Notes: a model not told the origin generated them from the sequence alone. Counted from the stretch's first letter, positions 1 through 9,429 are shown. The stretch: DNA of 19,915 nt from Paraphysomonas bandaiensis (GCA_965644295.1 CBFFRP010000279.1:1-19915); one strand, 5' to 3'. A program made the numbers and translations.

Positions 1-1
1 A

Positions 2-808
2 CGAAAATAAGGCACGGACAGGTCGATATGGCTCATGAATATTAAGGAGTTGTGTGTGTTTGTTGTTAATGTATGGGGTGTGATGTAAGGAGGTATAGTG
101 GCATAGTGTAGGAGGGAGTAGATGCAGTGGGGGTGGAGTGTGTCGGTGTGTGATCTGGAGGGCGTATACATCAGAATACTGGAGTGGTAAGGAAGAGCGT
201 ATAAGGGCTGTAGTACTCTGCATGTGTAGAGGCTGGAGGCGGTGGATTGTGTGTACTCTGCACAATATACAGTGTAATATACGGTGTATTCCAGTGGTGT
301 AGGTTGCGTGTGTATGACTGAGTATCGGTGGTGTGTGTGATGATGTTGGAGAGGGTGTGATGGAGGAGTGTAAAGTATGAAAACACCGTAGACGAGGTTT
401 GTGATGGAGCTCTGGTACCCTTAATATTCCACAGGGCGTGTTCGGTGCAAGTAGGTGCCTCCAGGGTGGTTTCGGGTGAAGTGGGGTAGGCCAGTAAGCT
501 TGGAGCAGCGTTTCCAGCTGTTGCAATGAGCTGATGGGGGCGAAATTGGCATTTGAGTAAACCCGCAGAATGGGGACTCTGTCGGATATGCAGACTGCGA
601 GGATGGCACTGGGGGAGGCCATGCTGTGGGGCAGAGCAACACTGCCAGGGCTGCATCCCTGCACTGGAGTGTGTGTAGGCTCTATTTGTAGTTTGTTATT
701 GGGTGTTTGTTGGGCGTCCATCCAAAGACCTGAATATGTAGGTGTTTGGTAGTTGTGGTGCATGGGACAATTTGTAGTTGTAGTGTGGTCACCGTGAGGT
801 GGATGTGG
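2..808 (-). pseudogene. Possible non-LTR (LINE-like) retrotransposon ORF2 fragment, region downstream of the RT core; runs off the window
   Basis: Stop-free minus frame from 808 to the window edge (269 codons; absent from the ORF track because it has no stop). It contains TYSGLWMD (cf. LINE kYLGvwld) and, about 80 aa later, WRHLLAPNTPCGILRVPEL (cf. l.lP...GGLGl..l). The sense strand is strongly A/C-rich, which by itself suppresses stop codons. Confidence 0.3.
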
Positions 809-995
809 TCATGTTGACCGAGGTAGAGCTTGTAATAAGCAGTTTTCTTAAATGGTGCCTGTAGCTTCCTAGAGCTAGGAAAAATTCATCAGGAATGTAA
901 CGAGATAGTAAGAATATTTTGTATGATTGGCTGAAATATGTTTCTTGAGCAGATCCAAACTTAAAAAGGGTAAGATGTGGGTGGGGATCAGCCTA

Positions 996-1034
996 TAACC
1001 CTAACCCTAACCCTAACCCTAACCCTAACCCTAA
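996..1034. repeat. Interstitial telomere-type repeat (TAACCC)6.5 / (TTAGGG)n
   Basis: Six perfect TAACCC units plus TAA read directly; non-telomeric sequence on both sides. Confidence 0.92.
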
Positions 1035-1284
1035 ATACAGATTATAAGATATGCATATTATCATATGGACTTACATTGATCTCATGTTATTATTGTGGAG
1101 GTATCAGAGTATCATATGAGGGGTATAGTATGATGGTAATGTGATCCTTATCTTAACAGTGATAACATTAAATCACTTCATAATCAAAAACATCAAATGA
1201 TGAAAATGATAAAAAAAGTAAAAAAAAAAGTATTTTTGAAAAAAACTGAAATCTGTTGTTTATTTCGAATCCCCCCTGTAACCC

Positions 1285-1368
1285 TATGTATGTATGTATG
1301 TATGTATGTATGTATGTATGTATGTATGTATGTATGTATGTATGTATGTATGTATGTATGTATGTATG
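1285..1368. repeat. (TATG)21 microsatellite, followed by (TG)n and degenerate TATG/GATG units to ~1439
   Basis: 84 nt of perfect TATG repeats read directly. Confidence 0.97.
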
Positions 1369-1490
1369 TGTGTGTGTACATATTATGTACATATATACAT
1401 GTACGTACTCTGTATGGATGGATGTATGTATGTATGTATCGACTGCATATGTGAAACTCTGTGGGTTTTCTCCTCATCTAGAAACCCCAC

Positions 1491-1585
1491 CTGTGAAAGG
1501 AAATGTTTCACATATGCCTCGAATATGGACAAATGTATAGTAGATAGTCATATTCAATGCATATGTGAAATATTTCCTTTCACAG
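1491..1585. repeat. 27-bp inverted repeat (hairpin) upstream of the Crypton-like ORF
   Basis: ctgtgaaaggaaatgtttcacatatgc (1491-1517) versus gcatatgtgaaatatttcctttcacag (1559-1585), one mismatch. Weaker symmetry continues inward (gaatatg/catattc) and outward (cctcat/atgagg). Confidence 0.85.
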
Positions 1586-1738
1586 AAAAACCGGCACTTT
1601 TATATGAGGAAACTACAACTTTATAGGGAAATAGCCACTTTATTAGTTGTAAAACACTGTTAGAATACTCTACTATTCTCCTTGCACGTCATATCCGTTA
1701 GTGGCATATATCAATATTTGACCATACTTACTGCAAAC

Positions 1739-2653
1739 ATGAGTGAGACAGATTCAGACAAGGAAGAAGAGTTGCCTAAATGGTGAAGAGGAAGTGGCCG
1801 TGTACGCCGACAGCCGGTTGTGTCTGTTGACTCCAATGCTGATAATGTATCTGACTATAAGAAGAAATGAACAGAAGCAGGAATGAAAGCAGCATATAAG
1901 AAAAAGGTTGGCCATATTGTAGCGTGGTGTATAACAGAGTACCCTGAAGCTCTGATGATGATGAAAATTTGAAGATTCCATTCCCGAAAGACATCTGTCT
2001 TGAGTACTTCGGCCATCTGTTCACACCGGCTCACGAAGGAGCGAAAGAGGGAAGCTAAGGGCCCCAGATGACATTCCAGAAAGTGAACCTGACCCCCTAG
2101 TAGATCCCACATTAAGGGATATAGAAGCCCTATTGTCTACTTATATACCTTAAGAAATATGAAGCTGGACGTGGATGTAGTCTTAGACTTAGAACTAAGA
2201 CAGGCGATAGATGGCTATGAGAAAGACATCAATGAACTGAAGAAGAAAGGACTCATGAAACCAGAAGAGGGTAAAAGTCCGTTAAGAATGAATGGCTATA
2301 AAATTTTAGCGACGAATATGATGTTGATGGTTCCCTGTGCTATTGCAGGCAGTTGGTCCTATATCTTGTTCATGTGGGAATATTTTGTACTGATGTGGAA
2401 TATAATGAGTAGATCTGATTCAGTAGCTTGATTGATGTTTGAATATTTTGACTGGAGAGGTGATGCAATGCTTGTTCAAGAGCAAGGAGACACAAACTGG
2501 ACAAAAAAGACTAGTAATGAAACATTCTCTAGTGCGCTGGATATAATTGTGAATCATATCGTAAGTGTTCATAAGTTAAAGCAGATGGATACAGTTTCGT
2601 ACGGTAGCTTGTACAATGCAATCTGCAAGTTGAAATGTGTATGGAATGGATAA
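1739..2653 (+). pseudogene. Decayed, internally deleted Crypton-like tyrosine-recombinase transposon ORF
   Basis: Frameshifted pieces join to give MKAAYKKKVGHIVAWCITEYPE / LKIPFPKDICLEYFGHL / HIKGYRSPIVYLY...IDGYEKDINELKKKGLMKPEEGKSPLRMNGYKILA...YFVLMWNIMSRSDSVA*LMFEYFDWRGDAMLV. The eGK.pl...Y, L.WN.M.R (first catalytic Arg) and W..Da pattern matches my recollection of fungal/oomycete Crypton recombinases. The expected K.DQ.G and later catalytic motifs are missing. Confidence 0.7.
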
Positions 2654-2728
2654 ATGTCACTTCTTTAAATTTAAGCAGTAGAAATCAAACTCTTGACAAA
2701 TAGCTCTATAAGGCTGACAAATATGTAT

Positions 2729-2955
2729 ATATGTTATAACATTATGTGATATACGATATACTTACATCTACATCGGCACCTTCATCTTGATGAAGGATTA
2801 GTAGACAGCTCTACATTACAGTGTCTGATAAACACTGATAGTAATATATGATATAAGTTGTAAGTAAGTGGTAAGTGGATACGTATGCTATAGCAATATG
2901 TAATATACAATATACATCCATCTCTTATCTACGACAGCACCTTCATCTTGATGAA
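2729..2955. repeat. Diverged ~65-70 bp direct repeat pair (2729-2794 and 2884-2955)
   Basis: Identical 19-mer gcaccttcatcttgatgaa at 2776-2794 and 2937-2955, preceded by tatgttataacattatgtgatatacgatatac and tatgctatagcaatatgtaatatacaatatac respectively. Confidence 0.65.
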
Positions 2956-3015
2956 TGATATATGTAAACCTCAGTCATATTTCCAGGACACAACAGGTCA
3001 TTACGAATGATACAG

Positions 3016-3190
3016 TATTAGGAGTCATACGGTCGACAGTATCGTCACTGCTTGGGTCGTAAGAGGCGTCCCTATACCACATACATACACTCTCACCACC
3101 CCCACAACTCATCCACACTCTCATATTACTCATATGTTATCCTTATAGAGGAAGTCCTCATATGGATGATCACCACCAGCTCCACTAACA
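3016..3190 (+). mobile_element. Candidate solo LTR (TATTAG...CTAACA, 175 bp)
   Basis: The first 13 nt (TATTAGGAGTCAT) are identical to the start of the copia 3' LTR at 9678. Termini are imperfectly inverted, and acag flanks both sides (3012-3015, 3191-3194). Confidence 0.35.
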
Positions 3191-4046
3191 ACAGCGTCAC
3201 AGTCTTCTAACGGATACATATGATTCCACAGCACCATTAATGCAGATACACCATATAAAATAACATACTCAGAAGCGCATTAGTGGTAAACGCTTCTGGT
3301 TCAGTTATATGACTATTCAGGGTACTCCATGCGGTCTATGCATGTATATGTGTGTGGGTGTTCTGTATGTATGTATGTGTGTGTATCTGCTGCGGTATTA
3401 TTCATATGATCATACGAGTCTCTCTCCTCATGTGGAACACACACCACTATACACCACTATGACCACACACTGTTGATAGTCCTCACTCGTGTCTGTGAGT
3501 AGAGGAGGCAGAAGAGCCTCTGAATCATGTACTCATATATCCATATATCCATCACTTCGAAGTCACTCAGAGATATACACTCTTATACGTACACGTATAC
3601 CTATGTATCATACCATATACATAGTATACAGAGAATACGTTGATTCACAGTTGTAGTAAAAAGTTTCACATATGCACTCATTATATGTCTGTATGTACGA
3701 CGTATACAGTAGGTGTTGCAGATATTATGCAAAAAATAGCATTTCGTAAAAGCGCCATTATCTATGGATAATCCGATTTTCCGAACATTTTATTGTTCGG
3801 CCAACCCGTTATACGGTGATCCAAATATTCGTAAAAGTGGGATATTGTGTACAGAGTGAAGGTCGGAATTCATACTCTATGGTGCTGTATACGTATAGGT
3901 GCTCTACAGGTACTGCTGCTGTATAGGTGACAGGTGTGTGCTGCTGGCTGCATGGGTACAACTCTAGAACTGGCAATCCTGGATGTGTATGGAAAGTCGA
4001 TCAGTCTGATGCACTGTTCATCATTGAGATGTAGATATTGGGCACA

Positions 4047-5681
4047 ATGAAGGCTGATTGTGTGCCCCCCTCGAATAACAGGACCACTCTCTTCTCCCGG
4101 CTGGGCTGGCCTGGCTTGATCTCAGACACCGACAGCGACAAGGAGCGCCTCAACCCTGCCGACACGCCATCCTCCTCTGCTTCTGCTGATACAAGCGATG
4201 CAAATGGGAGAAAATCAAGAGCTTTTCTTGACACTTGTAAAGAGGTGATGACACTCGCGGTGCCTCTGGCTGTCAGTCGCCTCAGCTGGACTGCTATGAA
4301 AACAACAGACACCGCTCTGATTGGACACACTGGAACACTTTATTTGTCTGCATCTGCTGTGGCGGATTTGTATACACAGAGCACGGGCGTATTCATATCT
4401 GGCGGAGTTCTAAGCACATTAGTATCCCAAGCATATGGCAGTAGTAACAAACAGATGGGAGGAATATGGCTACAGGTGAGTATAGTTGTGGTAGGATGCA
4501 CTTCGCTTCCTGTGATAGTCTCGTGGCTTTTTTGTGGTCCTATTCTTAGAGCTATGGGTGTAAGTAGTGATCTGATTTATCCTGCAGCCTATTATGCTCT
4601 AGTGCTTGTCACTGCCATACCTGCACGAATAGGTGTGGGGCAATTGTCTCAGTATTTGATGGCCCAGGGGATTGCAGACCCTCTAGTTAAAACGGGCCTT
4701 TTTAGTATGTGTGTCAACCTCATGTTGGGATTAGTTGTGGTTCTGGGAGTAGGTATACCTGGATGGAGTGGATTTGGCTTCTGGGCATGTCCGGTTGTTA
4801 CTACACTGGTGGAATGGGTGACGTTGGGAATATACCTGTACTGGTTCTGCTATAGGCAGCGACTGCACACCAGAGGTGGGTGCTGGCCAGAGGGCGGATT
4901 CCGGTGGGTAAATGTGACATCTCACCGTGTGAAGGAGTATGTATCTCTCTATTACCCCGCTGCTTTGGCTGCTGCTTCAGATTGGTGGCGAGTGAGTGCC
5001 ATAGGAGTGGTTGCCGTGTCATTCCATGATGACGCCAGTCTAGCTGTATTCAACTCTGCCTATCGTATTCTGTGGATGTCTCTTATTGTTATAGGGTCTG
5101 TGGGATCTGCAATGGGTGTACTACTCGGCCAAGAACTCGGAAGGGGAAATCATCTCGGGGCAAAGGCAGTTGCGAGCACGTGTCTGGTCTTGGCATTGGG
5201 TTTAGTTGTTTTGCTGGCAGCAGTGTTCTACTGCATACCGGAAAAAATTGCGCTGATATTTTCATCCGACGAAGACGTAATTGAATTGTACAAGGATGTG
5301 GCGCTGCCGCTCACGGCAACTCTCATTGCAATGAATTTGTCAGTACTTCTCGAGCGTGTGCCACTGAGTTGTGGTAGGACCCAAATTGTGCTCTGGACAG
5401 GGGTGATAGGGAGTTGGGCAGCACAGGTTCCCGCTGTGTTGTTATGTACGATCTTCTATCGCAACAACCTCTTCGGTCTGTTCACTGGAGTTTCCATTGG
5501 ATACTCTGCTCTGGATGCGCTGTTGCTTTGGGTGGTGTACACTACAGACTGGGAACTCTATGCCAAGAAAGCCTTAATACGTAGCGAAGTGTCAGGCATG
5601 TCGAAAGACAATAAAATTGAAACTGTAACTACTAGTGCTGGTTATAACAGTGTTGACGATGACTGTGAGAGTGTATATTGA
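4047..5681 (+). CDS. MATE (multidrug and toxic compound extrusion) family transporter, eukaryotic type, 544 aa from the first ATG
   Basis: Uninterrupted ORF with a hydrophilic N-terminal tail and roughly 12 hydrophobic segments in two halves. MATE motifs: KEVMTLAVPLAVSRLS...TDTALIGHTG...LSASAVA, TLVSQAYGS, SQYLMAQG, LLGQELGRGNHLGAK. First ATG is at 4047; the track start at 4038 is a TTG. Confidence 0.92.
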   Translation: MKADCVPPSNNRTTLFSRLGWPGLISDTDSDKERLNPADTPSSSASADTSDANGRKSRAFLDTCKEVMTLAVPLAVSRLSWTAMKTTDTALIGHTGTLYLSASAVADLYTQSTGVFISGGVLSTLVSQAYGSSNKQMGGIWLQVSIVVVGCTSLPVIVSWLFCGPILRAMGVSSDLIYPAAYYALVLVTAIPARIGVGQLSQYLMAQGIADPLVKTGLFSMCVNLMLGLVVVLGVGIPGWSGFGFWACPVVTTLVEWVTLGIYLYWFCYRQRLHTRGGCWPEGGFRWVNVTSHRVKEYVSLYYPAALAAASDWWRVSAIGVVAVSFHDDASLAVFNSAYRILWMSLIVIGSVGSAMGVLLGQELGRGNHLGAKAVASTCLVLALGLVVLLAAVFYCIPEKIALIFSSDEDVIELYKDVALPLTATLIAMNLSVLLERVPLSCGRTQIVLWTGVIGSWAAQVPAVLLCTIFYRNNLFGLFTGVSIGYSALDALLLWVVYTTDWELYAKKALIRSEVSGMSKDNKIETVTTSAGYNSVDDDCESVY

Positions 5682-6214
5682 TTACATGGACTACCCTTGT
5701 ACCACTGGTGTGGTGGTAAATATTTTTTCCAGTAATTTTCTTTTATGAATGTACTGATTTTTAACTGCAATATTGTGGTTCTGGTTCAGTACGATGCATC
5801 ATCATTCCGTAGAATTGTTCTCTGCAGCTTATTGTATCCATTGTAGCAATAGGCTTATTTTCTCTCAATTGTAGACAACATTTTATAAGGAGGTATACCT
5901 GCATTCTGCATTGTAATACTCGACTTATCCGTGAAGTTAATCTCCCATTTACTTTCTCAGGCATGCACGTCACGTACTATTCTTAATTTGCTGTTATAAA
6001 ATCATATTATTTAAATTGTTATTATCCGAAACTAACACAACTAGAACGATTAGAAATAGAAACTGTGTTGAGTTCTGCAATATGATGTGATATATATTGT
6101 GCAATTGAAGTGAGTTAACAGTGTGCAAACTGAATTTAATTCCTTTGTAACTATAATCACCCGTTACACCTATGCGTTGACTTTACCTATTGCACACTGT
6201 TAACTCACTTCAAT

Positions 6215-8037
6215 GGGATCTATTATTGAACCTAGTCAAATTGGTGTAATTTCCTAGTCACACCAAAATTGGTGTGAAAACCTAGTCAAGCGGTTGAAAA
6301 ACCTAGTCATTTAATAATTCATATTTTCAGTTAACATGGGAGCATACTCTAGCCATCAATTGATAAATGTAGATATTGTATACATGCAATACATAACATT
6401 ATAACGTTGCATTCCGATGAGAAATTGGACAATTTCTCGTGACCATGTCCGGTGCAATTCCATAGCTTCCCAACAAGGGCCATGACATCGGTGGGTTCAC
6501 CGTTGATGAGGGACCTCGCTGCATTGTGAGTCTTGATGGAGATCAACATGTGCTTCACATCAATGTTCCCTGAGCACATAATTACGATATGTAGAGAGTT
6601 ATAAATGTATTTTACATACCTCACAAGCGATATTGGGTTTGCACTTGATTATTAAGGGATCTCCCGTACAACATACATAATATTATACAGTGGTGCCTGT
6701 CATACAATGATTAGCACTCACAAGATTGTAAAACATATTGTGTCATACAATGATTAACAGTCACAAGAACGCAAAATATATTGTAATATATAAATGCAGA
6801 GTACATATCTATTGCACATACCTCTCTAGAGGTAGAATCAATAGCTGCTAGTACCCACAGCGCGGGCAGCTGTAGACAAGAACGATAATAATATAGGTTT
6901 CGCTCTTGATTTTGTAAGCTTCCTCCCTTACAACATACATATGCTGTGGTACCTATAATACAGTGATCTGTACTCTACTAAAACGCATCAGTACAATATA
7001 AAACCTAGTCATACACTTACAGTCCAGAGGACCTGAATCCAAAATACGACATACTCATAAGCCAGTCAGAAAGCAAGATGCTGTAAGACTGATGACACAC
7101 TCATGATGCTGTAAGACTGATGACACACTCATGATACTGTAAGACTGATGACACACTCATGATGCTGTAAGACTGATGACACACTCATGATGCTGTAAGA
7201 CTGATGACACACTCATGATGCTGTAAGACTGATGACACACTCATGATACTGTAAGACTGATGACACACTCATGATGCTGTAAGACTGATGACACACTCAT
7301 GATGCTGATGTTCTGATGACACACTCATGATACTGTAAGACTGATGACACACTCATGATACTGTAAGACTGATGACACACTCATGATACTGTAAGACTGA
7401 TGACACACTCATGATGCTGTAAGACTGATGACACACTCATGATGCTGATGTTCTGATGCTGCTCTACAGTCCACTTCAATGATGCTGCTTTTAGAAGTTT
7501 GTTCCCTGGAAACCTCCTTTTTTCTTTGTTGGACTAAAAATAGGGAGATTTATGCACCCCTGAAAGCCAATGCAGCAACCGAAGTCATTCATTCAGTTCT
7601 GAAGTGAAGGAAGGTGAGCGCCATCACTCACAGCATATGAAGATCTCAAGATGTCCTGCGGATCATAGAGTGAGTTATACCCACAGCTTCATGGACCCTC
7701 CTCCTCATAACACTCACAGGGACCATCGCTATATACATACATGCTACAGATAGGCTAGATAGACATACACGTACATCTGTGTTATGTAGATATGTATATA
7801 TGAGCTTATTGTTATGTTTGAGTGTTTGTTTTGATGTTCTGTAAGCCACTAATATATTGTGTGGTGTGAGATAGTATCTTAGACAGTCACAGTGTGTAAT
7901 CAATGGATATAAGAACGACTAGGTTGAATACCAAAGTTGACTAGGTTGAGTCATTTATTACTTTGACTAGGTTATTCCACCAAAAATAGCGTGACTAGGT
8001 AATTCAACCAATTTGACTAGGTTGAATAATATTTCCC
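6215..8037. mobile_element. Non-autonomous Mutator-like (MULE) DNA transposon, 1823 bp
   Basis: Perfect 9-bp TSD cacttcaat (6206-6214, 8038-8046). TIRs start GGGA and match at 28 of the first 31 nt, with weaker matching for ~90 nt. Subterminal CCTAGTC motif occurs 4 times at left and 5 times inverted at right. No recognisable transposase ORF. Confidence 0.85.
7077..7458. repeat. 28-bp minisatellite, 13 full units plus one partial, unit GATRCTGTAAGACTGATGACACACTCAT
   Basis: Head-to-tail units start every 28 nt from 7077 with no spacers. Variant unit gatgctgatgttctgatg at 7301 and 7441. Confidence 0.97.
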
Positions 8038-8466
8038 CACTTCAATTGCACAATAATATATATCACATCATATTGCAGAACTCAACAAACTGAGTACTCA
8101 ATTCATTAAAATAACTAATTTTCATCATGAGTTAACTTCTTAAAGTCAATCTGGCCATGTAACCTGAAAAAACGATCGAAATTGAGAAGAAAACACAAAT
8201 GTTACTAAAAAATGAAATTCTAGTAGCGTTTTGTTAAAAATATTTTACTACTAGTAGGTGCATGGTTGGATTTAAAAGTGCTTACAAATTAAATTAAGTT
8301 AGAATAGTTAATATATATTCAGAAAAAGTAACTACAACTCACAACATTCATCGTAATATAACCCTCAATAAAGTCGGACTCGCACCGTATCGTAGTATTC
8401 TGGGGGATACGTACCGGAGATCTTTCTTCGGAACGAGCCGCAAACATATAGTCAGCAGATAATGTT

Positions 8467-9060
8467 CTGCCCACTCATAGCCAAATGCTTACTAATAAGT
8501 CTTTGGGTCTGTTGACGAATAAACAGGCATCCGGGAATGGGACACCTCAAGGGCATCCGGGGTAAAGTGTAAGGTATTAGTGCATGTGCTGGATGTGCAC
8601 ACACAATAATATGGAGGGAAGACATATTGGAGTCAGCTTGAATTTATAACAACTTTTTGGTAGATTTCATGAAACCGCTCGTGACCATGGGGCAACCCGG
8701 CGCTAGCGCTGCTTTACTCACTCCTCTAGACTACCTGCTACTGCTAACACCTTTTTGAAGGGTCCAAAATATGGCGCACATATATATACAGGAGACATAT
8801 AAATATAAGAATATCTGATTATTACATGAGAACGGTTGTGTACAGAAACTAGTTTTACGTCTATGGACTAACTAATAACTGGACTTGCTATATACGACTA
8901 GTGGCTGGCAACCGTCTCGGGACTGCTCGTGCTGCCCACTCATAGCCGAATGCTTGTGTGGTACAAGGGACACTGATATAAGTATCACTCGTGTAGACGT
9001 CTTTGGGCCTTGACGAATAAACAGGCATCCGGGAATGGGCCCACCTCAAGGGCATCCGGG
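8467..9060. repeat. Diverged direct repeat pair (8467-8561 and 8932-9060)
   Basis: Shared ctgcccactcatagcc.aatgctt start and identical 30-mer ttgacgaataaacaggcatccgggaatggg (8512-8541, 9010-9039). An internal ggcatccggg...cacctcaa sub-repeat is present. Confidence 0.8.
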
Positions 9061-9231
9061 ACAGGGCCCACCTCAAAAGGGTAACTGGGGTATTGGGCTG
9101 CATGCTGAATTCAAGCAGGGCTGTATACCTCAAGGACTCTAAAATCCGGCAGTTAGCAGATGTCAGGTATATATCAACATTCTGCTTGCTCACTGCGTTT
9201 TCTTTGAGTGATAGACCGACAGTGGTTGCAC

Positions 9232-9305
9232 CTTGGTGTTTGCGGTGACGCACAAGCAGCTTTCGTGGCGCTAAATAGTAGGATAATAGAGTTTGTACTC
9301 TAGTT
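9232..9305 (+). repeat. Dispersed ~72-bp motif, copy 1 of 3
   Basis: cttggtgtttgcggtgacgcacaagcagctttcgtggcgctaaatagtaggataatagagttt aligns with 15033-15103 (-) and 19440-19513 (+). Confidence 0.8.
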
Positions 9306-9429
9306 TGTCGCTCGAGTTGTTGAGTTGTTTGTGGCAATAAGCAACTTGCGCTTCTTAATAATCAGATGTTGTTATATACTTCTTTATAGCTCAACCTAAT
9401 TGTACTATAAACTAAAATAAGATTCAAGG

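Larger units (their letters stand above)
6066..8087. mobile_element. Palindromic MITE (190 bp reconstituted) with TGTTG...CAACA termini and 5-bp TSD, interrupted by a second element
   Basis: Left TIR 6066-6128. Right TIR is split into 6190-6214 plus 8047-8087 and is identical except for a 3-nt indel. TSD aactg at 6061-6065 and 8088-8092. Confidence 0.82.

Noticed and set aside
996-1034. True chromosome end
   Set aside because: Only 39 bp long and internal, with ~1 kb of sequence on the side that would be distal.
1168-1626. ORFs with MYVC/YIHT repeats
   Set aside because: These are translation artefacts of the (TATG)n microsatellite.
1413-3769. TATGGAT direct repeats (1413, 3763) as exact Crypton termini
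   Set aside because: TATGG occurs several times in this region (e.g. 1524, 3161, 3878, 3988), so the ends cannot be fixed without other copies.
4001-5284. Short antisense or alternate-frame ORFs over the MATE gene (and similar ones over the retroelement ORFs)
   Set aside because: Shadow ORFs of long coding frames, many with non-ATG starts and no motifs.
6349-6624. 91-aa ORF, or a spliced gene using a GT..AG intron at 6570-6619
   Set aside because: No recognisable motif, and removing the 50-nt candidate intron gives an early stop in every frame.
7077-7458. CRISPR array (28-bp repeat length)
   Set aside because: Units are head-to-tail with no unique spacers, there are no cas genes, and the context is eukaryotic.
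6436-8689. PBS-like CA-TGGTCACGAG on the minus strand at 6436-6447 and 8678-8689
   Set aside because: A 12-nt match with no associated LTR pair or gag frame; compatible with chance.
8888-9337. 149-aa minus-strand ORF
   Set aside because: TTG start, overlaps two repeat families, and has no protein-family motifs.
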